From positions 17,359 through 81,358 of the forward strand of contig JAURFP010000001.1 of the NCBI GenBank assembly GCA_030834275.1: 64,000 nucleotides of DNA. The letters run 5' to 3'. Positions 8,795 through 19,271 of this stretch are shown here, piece by piece (position 1 is the first letter of the stretch; the number at the start of each line of letters is the position of its first letter). Origin of the DNA: Burkholderiales bacterium (GTDB lineage Bacteria > Pseudomonadota > Gammaproteobacteria > Burkholderiales > Eutrophovitaceae). The translations under genes were made by a program, and so were the position numbers. Under the pieces are notes generated by a model, which made no database searches, was not told where the DNA came from, and saw nothing but the letters and a program-made list of their open reading frames with translations.

Positions 8795-9709
8795 ATGCAA
8801 TTTCAGGGGGTTATACCGATTCTCGTTACGCCATTTGACTCCGACGAGTCGGTTGATCTGGGGTCCATCGCAATGTTGGTTAACTTCATGCGAGAACTTC
8901 AAGTCGAGGGGGTAACCATACTCGGTGTACTCGGCGAGGCAAATAGACTCACAGACGCAGAGCGCGCGGAAATTATTTCCTCTGCTGTGGAGCACGCGAG
9001 AGGTTTGCCGATCATTGTGGGTACAAGTGCAAGCGGAACGAAAGCGGTTATTGAATTAAATCGAATGGCCTCATCGCTCGGTGCTAGTGCGGTCATGATT
9101 ACCCCGCATGCGGAACCTACCCCTTCAGAGGAGAGAATTTTTCAGCACTTCGCAGACATATCTAAAGACACAAAACTTCCAATAATTTTGCAAGACCACC
9201 CCGCGTCAACGGGCGTACATATGTCGGTCGATCTAATTGTCAAACTCATTGAGCAACTGCCAAATATAGTTGGACTCAAACTCGAGGCAGTACCAACAGC
9301 CCCAAAATTGATCCAAATCAGGAAACAATGCGCGAGACACATCAATATTATGACGGGCCTTGGGGGGCTTTATGGGATCTTTGACTTGCGCGCTGGATCA
9401 GACGGTTTCAATACGGGTTTTGCATTCCCGGAAGTGCTTCAAGCAATGGTCAGCGCGAGCAAAAATAACGACTGGTCCACAGCGCTAAAAATTTATCAGC
9501 GATTCAGCCCAATGTTGGTGCTAGAGCAACAACCCGGGGTTGCAATTCGAAAACGATTATTACTCGCGCGCGGCGTAATCTCTCATGCCTCAGTTCGAAA
9601 GCCAGGGGCAAGTCTAAACCCCTCTCTTTCTGATGAGATTGATTACTTGATCGAAACGCTATTACCGGAACAGGACATCACCCAGCGCATTTGTATACCG
9701 AACGCTTGA
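8795..9709 (+). CDS. Dihydrodipicolinate synthase-family class I aldolase/lyase (DapA-like paralog)
   Basis: 304 aa. The N-terminus GVIPILVTPFDSDESVDL...GVTILGVLGEANRLTDAER is typical of the DapA/NAL family. Confidence 0.8.
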   Translation: MQFQGVIPILVTPFDSDESVDLGSIAMLVNFMRELQVEGVTILGVLGEANRLTDAERAEIISSAVEHARGLPIIVGTSASGTKAVIELNRMASSLGASAVMITPHAEPTPSEERIFQHFADISKDTKLPIILQDHPASTGVHMSVDLIVKLIEQLPNIVGLKLEAVPTAPKLIQIRKQCARHINIMTGLGGLYGIFDLRAGSDGFNTGFAFPEVLQAMVSASKNNDWSTALKIYQRFSPMLVLEQQPGVAIRKRLLLARGVISHASVRKPGASLNPSLSDEIDYLIETLLPEQDITQRICIPNA

Positions 9710-9717
9710 TTGTTAAG

Positions 9718-10026
9718 TCAATAATTTTCCAGCTCGTAGCTACGCTCATCCATCGCCTGGACAACACAGTTCACATCGTTACAAACCGATAGCACATTCT
9801 CGTACCAGTCGATCTGAGACTCTTGCAACATCTTAATATCAACCCCTCTCCTCATGGCAAGGTTGTAAGAGAAAGCGAGTTGTTCGTGTGCAACCGATGC
9901 ACGGCTACTCGTGCAAATTAGACGCTCAACGTTTGAATTGGGATTACTGCAATTTATCGCAGCCAATAACGGCCCACCCAAACCAAACAAAAGAAATAAC
10001 GCCACAAACAAACGAATATTCTTCAT
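9718..10026 (-). CDS. Small secreted protein, DUF1311/LprI-like
   Basis: Signal peptide MKNIRLFVALFLLFGLGGPLLAA. The Cys spacing and the ...EQLAFSYN...QIDWYENVLSVC pattern resemble DUF1311. Start ATG 10026 is preceded by a GAGGGA SD. Confidence 0.55.
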   Translation of the reverse strand: MKNIRLFVALFLLFGLGGPLLAAINCSNPNSNVERLICTSSRASVAHEQLAFSYNLAMRRGVDIKMLQESQIDWYENVLSVCNDVNCVVQAMDERSYELENY

Positions 10027-10069
10027 GCTTCCCTCACACATAATGTTCTAACGTCTGTTGCCACAAAAA

Positions 10070-10816
10070 TCAAAGCGAGACCAAAACATCTCCCTCCATT
10101 TTTGGGACTACTGAAGTAACACTTAACCCGGCGGCAAATTGCACTTCATTCTCCATACCGCGATCCAACATCAATTGACCCACACGCGATTTGAGCAAAA
10201 GATCTACGGAAGGTTCCGATTTAAACAATGCATGGGCAGCAAGTGCCGCATCCGAAAAATATTCCCGAGCGCTATTCGGACGTCGCTCCAACAGCAAATC
10301 TACAAAATAGCCTGCACCACAAATATCCTCTAAATTGGGATTTCCCATCGACCCAGAACAAACGATCAAAATAGTTTGCTCGGGATGTAATGCTATGACA
10401 TGCTCGACTACAGATTTTGCATTGATTAGGGCCCCCGCATAGATGGCACTCGCGCCAACAGACTTCTTTAACGCCACCGTTCCGTTCGTGGTGGAATAAA
10501 TTAGCATTTTTTCCTTCAGATTCTCTTTCGCTAAAGCCAACGGAGCAGGTGAGGCAAAACCCGGGAGCGTTACCGCATAGAGCTCACCCGCCAACACATA
10601 GCTCTCGGCATTAAGCGGGTCTGCAACCGCCCTCGCTGCATCCTCGCTCTCCACCGGGCGGACTGTCTTTGCTCCGTTCGCGAACGCGTTGATGATAGTA
10701 GTAGTCGCGAAGAGCACATCTAGGACAATTACAACTTTACCTTCGAGACGCTCATGATCGAGAGCCTCTTTCGTGTAGAGCACATGAACTTTATGACTGA
10801 AGTGCTCCGCACTCAT
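10070..10816 (-). CDS. 2-phosphosulfolactate phosphatase (ComB) family protein
   Basis: 248 aa. The VVIVLDVLFATTTIINAFANGAKTVRPV motif is characteristic of the ComB family. A 4-nt ATGA overlap links it to the upstream MaoC gene. Confidence 0.7.
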   Translation of the reverse strand: MSAEHFSHKVHVLYTKEALDHERLEGKVVIVLDVLFATTTIINAFANGAKTVRPVESEDAARAVADPLNAESYVLAGELYAVTLPGFASPAPLALAKENLKEKMLIYSTTNGTVALKKSVGASAIYAGALINAKSVVEHVIALHPEQTILIVCSGSMGNPNLEDICGAGYFVDLLLERRPNSAREYFSDAALAAHALFKSEPSVDLLLKSRVGQLMLDRGMENEVQFAAGLSVTSVVPKMEGDVLVSL

Positions 10817-11280
10817 AATGACCCCTCCGGTCTTTTTAAGAAAAAATTTATACCTACCATCGACATCACCAACTCACCATTCTGGTTTTCGACTTCCCAC
10901 TTTGTCTTGACAATTCCACGATCGGGACGACTACTCGAAGGTCGCGTTTCGATCACGGTGCGGTACGCGGTTAACGTATCACCAGGGTAAACAGGTCGCG
11001 GCCATCTTACCTCCTCAATACCTGGAGAGCCAAGCGAGGCGGAGTCGAGCAGATAGGAATCGCACATGAGGCGCATCACTATCGAGCAGGTATGCCAGCC
11101 ACTCGCAATGATGTCGCCATAAATTGATTTTTTTGCCTGAGCCACATCCACATGGAAGGGTTGGGGGTCAAAGCGTTTTGCAAAATCCAGCACCTCCCCT
11201 AACTCCACCGACACCGAGCCCATACAAACACGCTCCTCGAGCTTAAAATCCTCCCAAAAATATTTAACTGGTCGCGACAT
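10813..11280 (-). CDS. MaoC-family dehydratase
   Basis: 155 aa, hotdog fold: FAKRFDPQPFHVDVAQAKKSIYGDIIASGWHT. Confidence 0.8.
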   Translation of the reverse strand: MSRPVKYFWEDFKLEERVCMGSVSVELGEVLDFAKRFDPQPFHVDVAQAKKSIYGDIIASGWHTCSIVMRLMCDSYLLDSASLGSPGIEEVRWPRPVYPGDTLTAYRTVIETRPSSSRPDRGIVKTKWEVENQNGELVMSMVGINFFLKRPEGSL

Positions 11281-11322
11281 AGAAAACCTTAAATTAATAC
11301 AGACACGTCAAAGTAAAAGGCT

Positions 11323-12171
11323 CTAGTACTTATACCAACCTCGCCCCACTTTTTTGCCGTTGTAGCCGGCCTGAACCATCTGCTTCATCAGCGGGCGCGG
11401 CTTGAATCGATCTCCATAGGCATCATGCAAAATTTCTTCGACCTGAACAGATAGACTAATTTGCGTTGCATCCATTAACTGAAAAGGGCCAATCGCATGT
11501 CCCAACCCCAATCGGCATGCGAGATCAATATCTTCGGGAGTAGCCACACCCTCTTCGACCAAACGCATGGCTTCTATCATGAATGCATGCAGCATTCGGT
11601 TTACGGCAAACCCGACAACGTCTTTAACTTTGATTGGTGTCTTTCCGATATCTTTACAAAAATTCATCATCGATTCCAACACATCGACATCAGTATCCAG
11701 AGCCGGTATAACTTCAACCAGCTTCATCCGAGAAACGGGGGAAAAGAAATGAGTCCCAAGAAATTTTTTCCTCCTAGATTCTTGAACGTGCGAAGCCAAA
11801 GCTGTGATTGAAATACTCGAGGTATTACTAGCAAACACCGTGTGGTCCGACGTAATATGATCTAGACGGGAAAATATATCGCCCTTTACTACCTCGTCCT
11901 CGAAAACTGCTTCTATGACTAAATCCCGATCTGCAAAAGAATCCAAATCCTCGGCCACCTCAATTCGTGGCATCACATCCTCAACAACTCCTGCTTCATA
12001 AAACCCACGATCGACCCCCTTTTCAAGCAACCCGTTTAAACGCGATAACGCCTTTTCTGTCAAATCTCGATTCGCATCATTCAATAAAACCGACCTTCCA
12101 GACAAAGCACTCACCAGAGCGATCTCTGCACCCATTAACCCTGCACCCACTACTCCAACTTTTCTGAACAT
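11323..12171 (-). CDS. 3-hydroxyacyl-CoA (3-hydroxybutyryl-CoA) dehydrogenase
   Basis: 282 aa. NAD-binding motif VGVVGAGLMGAEIA, plus the C-terminal HCDH domain ...GFAVNRML...GPFQLMD. Confidence 0.85.
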   Translation of the reverse strand: MFRKVGVVGAGLMGAEIALVSALSGRSVLLNDANRDLTEKALSRLNGLLEKGVDRGFYEAGVVEDVMPRIEVAEDLDSFADRDLVIEAVFEDEVVKGDIFSRLDHITSDHTVFASNTSSISITALASHVQESRRKKFLGTHFFSPVSRMKLVEVIPALDTDVDVLESMMNFCKDIGKTPIKVKDVVGFAVNRMLHAFMIEAMRLVEEGVATPEDIDLACRLGLGHAIGPFQLMDATQISLSVQVEEILHDAYGDRFKPRPLMKQMVQAGYNGKKVGRGWYKY

Positions 12172-12207
12172 TTTTTGAAATCCTAGAAATGTATTACTTA
12201 AATCAAA

Positions 12208-13398
12208 CTACAACTGCTTCCAACTTTTCTTGGGGGATACAAACCCAGTTGTATCCGCTTCTTCTTTTCGCAGATTAGAAAATCTCGAACGATGAAAGCG
12301 CTCCCCACCAAACAACGCGTCAAACATTGTCAACTTTTTGACGTAATTACTCAGCGGCAACTCATATGTCATCCCCATACCTCCGTGGAGCTGAACTGCC
12401 TGCTGGGATACGAATCGTGCGGCACGTGCAAACAGAGACTTCGCCGCCGACACGGACCGAGCTCTTTCGTAGGGGCTATCTCCCCATGCGTTTGCAGCTG
12501 CGAGCGTCAAAAGTGAATGGGCCTCTTCAATATTGATAAACATGTCGACTGCTCGATGTTGTAGGACCTGAAATTGCGACAAAGATTGGCCAAATTGGTG
12601 TCTATCCTTGAGGTAATCAACAGTCATTTCGTAAGCCGTTTCCATGGCACCAAGTGCCTCGGCACAACTGGCCATTGCCGCACGATCATATACACATTCG
12701 ATCGGCGCGAACGCCCGGTCAAGGGTTCCAATTACAGACTCAGACCCAAGCCTCAGGTTATCAAACTGAATATCCAAAACTCGACTGCCATCTAACAGCG
12801 GATAAACCTGCCCACTAATCGATTCATCTAAGGATTCGGCGATAAAAAGCGTGATTCCATCTTTATCACCGCTAGATCCAGAGGTGCGAGCAGAAATAAT
12901 AAAACGATCAGCACTGGCACCACCTAGTATCAACGTTTTCTTTCCACTCAGAACCCATACGCCCCCTTCTTGCCTAGCAATGGTCTCGACGTGCGAGAGG
13001 TCTTGATGACCTTGCATTTCGGTATGCGCTAGGACTAGCGTTGACTCACCCTTGATCAACTCAGGGAGAAGTACCTTTTTATGCCAATCTGATCCACAAA
13101 GTTCGACGAGTCCTGCCGCAATGACGACATTGGGAATGTACGGCTCGATCACAAGGTATTTTCCAAGTTCTCGCATGACAACCATCACATCAATCCCAGA
13201 CCCAGAGAAACCACCATGTTCTTCAGATAGGGTGAGGCCCAAAATTCCTAGCGATGCGAAACCGGTCCAGACTTCGCGAGACATCGGCTCTTGGTCAAGC
13301 ACCATTCGCTGACGCATCTCAGGCGCATAGTTCTTATCCAAAAATCGTTTCAGCGCATCGACCAACAAAGTCTGGTCTTCAGTTAAAGAAAAATTCAT
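12208..13398 (-). CDS. Acyl-CoA dehydrogenase family protein, second member of an adjacent pair (PimD-like small subunit?)
   Basis: 396 aa, ACAD fold. It lies 29 nt downstream of another ACAD gene. Such adjacent pairs are known to form heteromeric enzymes. Confidence 0.75.
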   Translation of the reverse strand: MNFSLTEDQTLLVDALKRFLDKNYAPEMRQRMVLDQEPMSREVWTGFASLGILGLTLSEEHGGFSGSGIDVMVVMRELGKYLVIEPYIPNVVIAAGLVELCGSDWHKKVLLPELIKGESTLVLAHTEMQGHQDLSHVETIARQEGGVWVLSGKKTLILGGASADRFIISARTSGSSGDKDGITLFIAESLDESISGQVYPLLDGSRVLDIQFDNLRLGSESVIGTLDRAFAPIECVYDRAAMASCAEALGAMETAYEMTVDYLKDRHQFGQSLSQFQVLQHRAVDMFINIEEAHSLLTLAAANAWGDSPYERARSVSAAKSLFARAARFVSQQAVQLHGGMGMTYELPLSNYVKKLTMFDALFGGERFHRSRFSNLRKEEADTTGFVSPKKSWKQL

Positions 13399-13427
13399 AT
13401 TGGAAGCTTCTCTTCGTTCACAAAAAT

Positions 13428-14624
13428 TTATAATCCCAGGACTCTTCGAGCGATGATATTCCTTTGAATTTCATTGGTTCCGCCGTAAATCGAGGTCTTG
13501 CGCATATTTAGGTAACGTGCTGCCAAAGGTGCGGCGTAGGCAGGTCCAGGCGTTTTACCGATAAACGAATCCCCCCAAGCCATGGGGAGATATGGGAGTG
13601 CGGCCAGACCCGCAACCTCCATTTGCAATTCCGTTAATCGTTGCTGAATTTCCGTACCTTTTATTTTCAAAATAGACGCCTCCGGTCCTGGCTCACCTCC
13701 CGAATCATCGCGAGAGGCTACACGTAACACAGTCATTTCTAAAGCCAGCAAATCTATCTCTAACTCCGCTATTCGGTCCTTGAATATCGGATCCTCGAGC
13801 AACGGTTTTCCCTCATACATCTCTTCAGACGCCAGGTGCTTCAAGTAAGCGAGCTCACGCTTAGAGACGCCAACTCCAGCAATTCCGGTTCGCTCGTGAG
13901 AGAGCAAAAACTTACCAATACTCCAACCCCTTCCCTCTTCCCCGACTAGATTCTGAACAGGAACTTTCACGTCGCTAAACCATACCTCGTTAACCTCATG
14001 CTCCCCGTCCAACGTGACTATTGGGCGAACCTCAACGCCGTCGGTGGACATATCACAAAGCACCATGGATATACCGTTTTGCTTGCGCTCGCTCACCTCG
14101 GTCCGCACGAGGCAAAAAATCATATTTGCCCATTGCGCATGCGTTGTCCAAGTCTTTTGTCCGTTGATCACAAAGCTGTCGCCATCGCGCACAGCCTTTG
14201 TCTTTAGTGAGGCCAAATCAGAGCCTGACCCAGGTTCGGAATACCCCTGGCACCACCAATCTTCGCCGGACAGAATTCTGGGTAAGTAGTATTTTTTTTG
14301 GTCTTCAGTCCCAAACGCAATCAGCACGGGACCAATCATGTGAAGGCCAAAAGGCGATAATCGCGGAGCACCCAGCGCAGCCGATTCGACATCAAAAATA
14401 TGTCTCTGTACAGCATTCCACGCACAGCCCCCGTGCTCCTTTGGCCAATGCGGAGCAATCCAACCTTTTTCGTGCAAAGCCGCGTGCCAGCGTTGCACAT
14501 CCTCCTTAAAGATTCGTTTATGTTCGAGGACTTTTCGAGCAACGTCACCCGGTAACGACTCGGACACAAAATCTCGGACTTCAGCCGCAAAATTCAATTC
14601 TTCCTTGCTGTAAGTTACTTCCAT
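13428..14624 (-). CDS. Acyl-CoA dehydrogenase family protein, first member of the pair (PimC-like large subunit?)
   Basis: 398 aa. Motifs: ...GWIAPHWPKEHGGCAW...WCQGYSEPGSGSDLASL...INGQKTWTT. Confidence 0.8.
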   Translation of the reverse strand: MEVTYSKEELNFAAEVRDFVSESLPGDVARKVLEHKRIFKEDVQRWHAALHEKGWIAPHWPKEHGGCAWNAVQRHIFDVESAALGAPRLSPFGLHMIGPVLIAFGTEDQKKYYLPRILSGEDWWCQGYSEPGSGSDLASLKTKAVRDGDSFVINGQKTWTTHAQWANMIFCLVRTEVSERKQNGISMVLCDMSTDGVEVRPIVTLDGEHEVNEVWFSDVKVPVQNLVGEEGRGWSIGKFLLSHERTGIAGVGVSKRELAYLKHLASEEMYEGKPLLEDPIFKDRIAELEIDLLALEMTVLRVASRDDSGGEPGPEASILKIKGTEIQQRLTELQMEVAGLAALPYLPMAWGDSFIGKTPGPAYAAPLAARYLNMRKTSIYGGTNEIQRNIIARRVLGL

Positions 14625-14801
14625 TTTTATGATTTATTAGATTTAGTATGATTGAGAAAAGAAAGTGAGAATAAGGCAACTCGCACTATTAAAGCAACCG
14701 AACCAATTAAGAATGCCAGAGGTAAAACCGTATAAAGAGTATTATTCTGCAGTTATGCAGACTTTCTTCAACTTAGCGAACTAGTTAGAGAGGTTTCAAC
14801 G

Positions 14802-16145
14802 ATGAATACGCGCGATGATTTAGCGATTAGCGAAGTGAATTCTTCCCTCAATCTCAGACCTCTTTGGCTTCCGTTTACGCCGAACAGACAATTTAAGTCT
14901 GATCCTAGACTCATCGCCCGAGCTAAAGATATGCATTACGAAACCGTCGATGGCCGGCCATTATTGGATGCCATATCTGGCCTTTGGTGTGTAAACGCGG
15001 GACATGGTAGAACCTCCATCGTCAAAGCAATTCAGGAACAAGCGGCAAAACTCGACTACATCACTGCCTTTAACATGGCTCATCCAGCGCAATTCCAAGC
15101 AGCTGAATTGATCGCAGATTTAGCACCGGATGGATTAGACACCGTGTTTTTTGTTAACTCTGGTTCAGAAGCGGTTGATACTGCATTAAAAATTGCACTG
15201 GGATATCATCGTGCCCGTGGAGAACACCGACATCGATTAGTTGGACGGGAACGTGGTTACCACGGGGTCGGATTCGGAGGGATATCCGTAGGCGGAATGA
15301 CGCCTAACCGGAAAGTCTTCAGCCCTGCTCTGTTGCCAGGGGTGGATCATTTGCCTCACACCCATAATTTGTCGGAAAACGGTTTTTCAAGAGGACAGCC
15401 AACTTGGGGAGCACATCTCGCCGATGATTTGGAACGTATCGTTGCCTTGCACGACGCATCAAATATCGCAGCGGTAATAGTGGAACCGGTTGCTGGATCG
15501 ACCGGCGTGTTGGTTCCACCGCAAGGCTACCTCCAGCGCTTGAGAGAACTGTGCGATAAATACGGAATCTTATTGATTTTTGATGAGGTGATAACAGGGT
15601 TTGGGCGAACGGGAAAACCATTTGCATCGCAAACCTTCGATGTGATCCCGGATATGATTACCTTTGCTAAGGGAGTAACAAATGGCTCCGTACCGATGGG
15701 CGGTGTGATCGTTCGCGAGGATATCTATCACGCATTCCTAGATGGCCCTACCGAGCAAATCGAGTTCTTCCATGGTTACACGTACTCTGGCCATCCCCTC
15801 GCTAGCGCAGCAGCCATTGCGACAATGGATGTGTACCGCGAGGAAGGACTATTTGAGCGCGTTAACGAATTAGCCCCGCATTTCGAAAAAGCTGTGCATT
15901 CTCTCAAAGGTTGCCCTCATGTTATCGACATTAGAAACATGGGGTTCATGTGTGGGATCGAATTAGAGCCCGTACCCAATCATCCAGGTAAGCGCGCCTA
16001 TGAAACCTTTAAACGATGTTATGAAAAAGGCGTTCTCGTTCGCTCAGCTGGTGACACTATTGCACTTACGCCACCTTTTATTATTTCTGAAAAGCAGATT
16101 GATGAGATCATCAATTGTGTCGGCGAGGCATTGCAAGGAAATTAA
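14802..16145 (+). CDS. Class-III PLP aminotransferase, omega-amino acid (beta-alanine)--pyruvate transaminase-like
   Basis: 447 aa. Motifs: ...WCVNAGHGR..., LIFDEVITGFGRTG, TFAKGVTNG (PLP lysine region). Confidence 0.8.
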   Translation: MNTRDDLAISEVNSSLNLRPLWLPFTPNRQFKSDPRLIARAKDMHYETVDGRPLLDAISGLWCVNAGHGRTSIVKAIQEQAAKLDYITAFNMAHPAQFQAAELIADLAPDGLDTVFFVNSGSEAVDTALKIALGYHRARGEHRHRLVGRERGYHGVGFGGISVGGMTPNRKVFSPALLPGVDHLPHTHNLSENGFSRGQPTWGAHLADDLERIVALHDASNIAAVIVEPVAGSTGVLVPPQGYLQRLRELCDKYGILLIFDEVITGFGRTGKPFASQTFDVIPDMITFAKGVTNGSVPMGGVIVREDIYHAFLDGPTEQIEFFHGYTYSGHPLASAAAIATMDVYREEGLFERVNELAPHFEKAVHSLKGCPHVIDIRNMGFMCGIELEPVPNHPGKRAYETFKRCYEKGVLVRSAGDTIALTPPFIISEKQIDEIINCVGEALQGN

Positions 16146-16189
16146 AACTAGAGTCTTCAAAAACATCGGCTGAGCGTGAGTACTGAGAT

Positions 16190-17677
16190 ATGAAAATTCT
16201 GATCGCTCAGATGGAGCATGAGACGAATACCTTTTCCCCGGTTGAAACCCCATGGGAGGCATTTGGCCCCGACGGACCATACTTGGGCAAAGCCGCGTAT
16301 GAGGGAATGAAAGGAACTCGCACTCCGATTGGCGCCTTCATTGACCTGGCTGAGAAAGCGCGTGCAGAAATTGTGACACCGATCGCAGGTTTTGCTTACC
16401 CCAGTGGGCCAGTCGATGCAAAAGCCTACGACCAATTTTGTGAAGTAATTTGCGAGAGTGTCGATAAAGGTTGTGATGCCATCATGCTGGATCTGCATGG
16501 GGCAATGGTCGTTCGAGATCGGACCTTTGATGGAGAGGGAACGCTCATAGAAAAAATACGAGGAATCGCTCCGAGTACTCCGATCGGGGTTTCCTTAGAT
16601 TTGCACGCAAACGTCACCGAGAAGATGGTACGAAATGCGACGGTCATTGCGGGATACAAAACTTATCCGCATATTGATATGTATGAGACTGGCGAGCTCG
16701 CTGGAGAATTGACTCTCCGTACACTTCGCGGCGAAATCAACCCAGTGATGCACTGGGAGAATATTCCATTGCTTGCACAGCTACTCAAAATGAATACTTC
16801 GGTGGAAGCGATGCAAGAATTCGCGAGAACTGCTGCCTCGATCCAAGAAAAGCCAGGAGTGTTAGCAACCTCCACGTTTGGGGGTTTTCCAATGGCCGAC
16901 ATACCAGAGGCCGGCATGAGTGCGATTGTTGTTACCGACGGGGATGCGGCGCTTGCGAGAAGCGAGTGCCAGAACATACTTCGAAATGCTTGGAGCAATA
17001 AAGAACAGTTTATTTGGTATGACAAACCACTGGAAGAATCCATAAAGGAAGCAAAAAATCTTACCGATGGCCCTATCCTATTACTCGATCATCCTGATAA
17101 CTGCGCTTCAGGCGCAACTCAGGACACGATGGCCGTGCTCCGTGAAGCACTCAAACAAGGGTTGACCAATATTGCGGTTGGCCCTATTCGAGATCCACAG
17201 GCGGTAGAAATACTAATTTCAGCAGGTTTAGGCGCTGAAATCACCACTGACATTGGTGGAAAAACCGATATGCCAGCTATCGGAAAGAAAGGCGAGCCAC
17301 TGCAACTCAAAGGGATAATAAAAAATATCACGAATGGTGAGTACACGATCACCGGACCTCAATTTACTGGCGTTCGAGCTGCGATGGGTAGAACCGTAGT
17401 CTTCGACACTGGTGATGCAGAAATTGTCATTACCGAAAAACTGCAGGAGCCGTGGGACCTCGGAGTTTTCACCAGTGTAGGCATCGATCCAACGCAGAAA
17501 AAATATCTGTTGCTCAAATCAAAGATGTATTACCGCCCAATATTCTTGCCGCTTGCACGGCATAGTATCCACTGTGCTGGCGTTGGGGTCGGGGCTGCCG
17601 ACTGGAAAATGTTTCAGTACAAAAACTTGAGACGCCCTATTTACCCCCTCGACGAATCGGTTACCCATATCTTTTAG
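16190..17677 (+). CDS. M81-family metallopeptidase (MlrC-like)
   Basis: 495 aa. The N-terminus MKILIAQMEHETNTFSP is the hallmark of the MlrC/DUF1485 family. Confidence 0.75.
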   Translation: MKILIAQMEHETNTFSPVETPWEAFGPDGPYLGKAAYEGMKGTRTPIGAFIDLAEKARAEIVTPIAGFAYPSGPVDAKAYDQFCEVICESVDKGCDAIMLDLHGAMVVRDRTFDGEGTLIEKIRGIAPSTPIGVSLDLHANVTEKMVRNATVIAGYKTYPHIDMYETGELAGELTLRTLRGEINPVMHWENIPLLAQLLKMNTSVEAMQEFARTAASIQEKPGVLATSTFGGFPMADIPEAGMSAIVVTDGDAALARSECQNILRNAWSNKEQFIWYDKPLEESIKEAKNLTDGPILLLDHPDNCASGATQDTMAVLREALKQGLTNIAVGPIRDPQAVEILISAGLGAEITTDIGGKTDMPAIGKKGEPLQLKGIIKNITNGEYTITGPQFTGVRAAMGRTVVFDTGDAEIVITEKLQEPWDLGVFTSVGIDPTQKKYLLLKSKMYYRPIFLPLARHSIHCAGVGVGAADWKMFQYKNLRRPIYPLDESVTHIF

Positions 17678-17777
17678 GGCAGGATCGACTGAAGCCCCTA
17701 AAAAAAACGGTTACACTCGAAAGAGCTAATGTAATCGTTCGTATACCAACACGAACCATCGGAAAAACGGGGTAGAA

Positions 17778-19271
17778 ATGAAAAATATTTCGCATTTTAT
17801 TGCGGGTAAAAAAGCAGATGGCGCGGGTACAAAAACAAATGAGGTTTTCAACCCCGCAACGGGATCGGCCGAATCCAGCGTACGCTTCGCGACTATGGAA
17901 GAAACGCGTGCCGCAATTGATGTAGCTGAGCGTGCATTTGCGGACTGGTCCCTGACCCCAGCGGTCAAGCGCGCACGGGTCATGTTCAAATTTAAAGAAC
18001 TCATCGAGAAGAACGCTGAAACATTAGCAAGAATGATTACCAGCGAACATGGGAAGGTATTTTCTGATGCGATGGGGGAAATTAGTCGTGGGCTGGAGGT
18101 TATAGAGTTTGCGTGTGGAATCCCGCAATTATTGAAAGGGGAGTTCACAGAACAAATAGGAACAGGGATCGATAGTTACTCGGTTCGTCAACCCCTGGGG
18201 GTTTGTGCAGGAATTACGCCTTTTAATTTTCCAGTGATGGTTCCCATGTGGATGTATCCAATATCAGTCGCATGCGGAAATACCTTCATTCTCAAACCCT
18301 CGGAAAAAGATCCCTCACCCAGTATTTTGATGGCAGAACTTCTACAGGAGGCAGGACTTCCAGATGGCGTGTTTAACGTAATCCAAGGTGACAAAGTAGC
18401 AGTAGATACGTTACTCACTGACCCGAGAGTGGCCGCGGTGAGTTTTGTTGGCTCGACGCCGATCGCAGAGTATGTGTACAGAACTGGCACAGAAAACGGG
18501 AAACGAGTACAAGCATTAGGTGGCGCGAAGAATCATTTAGTTGTCATGCCAGATGCCGACCTAGATCAAGCCGTAGATGCACTTGTTGGTGCAGCCTATG
18601 GTTCTGCAGGAGAGCGCTGCATGGCAATCTCTGTTGGAGTCGTTGTCGGTGACATCGCGGATGTGCTCATTGAAAAATTAGCAGATCGAGTCCAAAACCT
18701 GCGGATTGGGAATGGGCTCGAAAACGACCCAGATATGGGACCATTGGTGACGCAGGCTCACTTAGAAAAAGTAAGAGGCTATGTTGAGATTGGGCTGAGT
18801 GAGGGCGCGCAATTGGTTGTAGATGGAAGGAATACCAAAGTCGCCGGTTTTGAAAATGGCTTCTTCTTAGGAGGTTGTTTATTTGATCACGTAACTCCGA
18901 AAATGCGAGTCTACAAAGAAGAAATATTCGGGCCTGTTCTATCGATCGTTCGTGTCGACAATTTTGAAGAGGCGCTACAACTCATTAACGATCACGAATA
19001 CGGAAATGGCGTATCGATTTACACACGAGACGGTGATGCCGCCCGAGAATTTTCATCACGCGTAAAAATAGGAATGGTTGGAATCAACGTCCCCATTCCT
19101 GTTCCGATGGCATTTCATAGTTTTGGTGGATGGAAACGATCATTGTTTGGCGACCACTTCGCTTATGGCCCCGAAGGAGTGCGGTTCTACTCACACCTCA
19201 AGACAGTGACGTCTCGATGGCCGACTGGAATCCGAAAGGGTGCAGAGTTTACGATGCCAGTCATGAAGTAG
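17778..19271 (+). CDS. mmsA: CoA-acylating methylmalonate/malonate-semialdehyde dehydrogenase
   Basis: 497 aa, aldehyde dehydrogenase fold. The N-terminus [15 protein letters not shown]...EVFNPATG and the length fit MmsA. Confidence 0.85.
   Translation: MKNISHFIAGKKADGAGTKTNEVFNPATGSAESSVRFATMEETRAAIDVAERAFADWSLTPAVKRARVMFKFKELIEKNAETLARMITSEHGKVFSDAMGEISRGLEVIEFACGIPQLLKGEFTEQIGTGIDSYSVRQPLGVCAGITPFNFPVMVPMWMYPISVACGNTFILKPSEKDPSPSILMAELLQEAGLPDGVFNVIQGDKVAVDTLLTDPRVAAVSFVGSTPIAEYVYRTGTENGKRVQALGGAKNHLVVMPDADLDQAVDALVGAAYGSAGERCMAISVGVVVGDIADVLIEKLADRVQNLRIGNGLENDPDMGPLVTQAHLEKVRGYVEIGLSEGAQLVVDGRNTKVAGFENGFFLGGCLFDHVTPKMRVYKEEIFGPVLSIVRVDNFEEALQLINDHEYGNGVSIYTRDGDAAREFSSRVKIGMVGINVPIPVPMAFHSFGGWKRSLFGDHFAYGPEGVRFYSHLKTVTSRWPTGIRKGAEFTMPVMK

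Noticed and set aside
8708-8995. A 95-aa minus-strand ORF spanning the divergent intergenic region at 8721-8794.
   Set aside because: It overlaps the starts of both well-supported flanking genes and has no motif. Its length arises from the lack of stops opposite the DapA-like gene.
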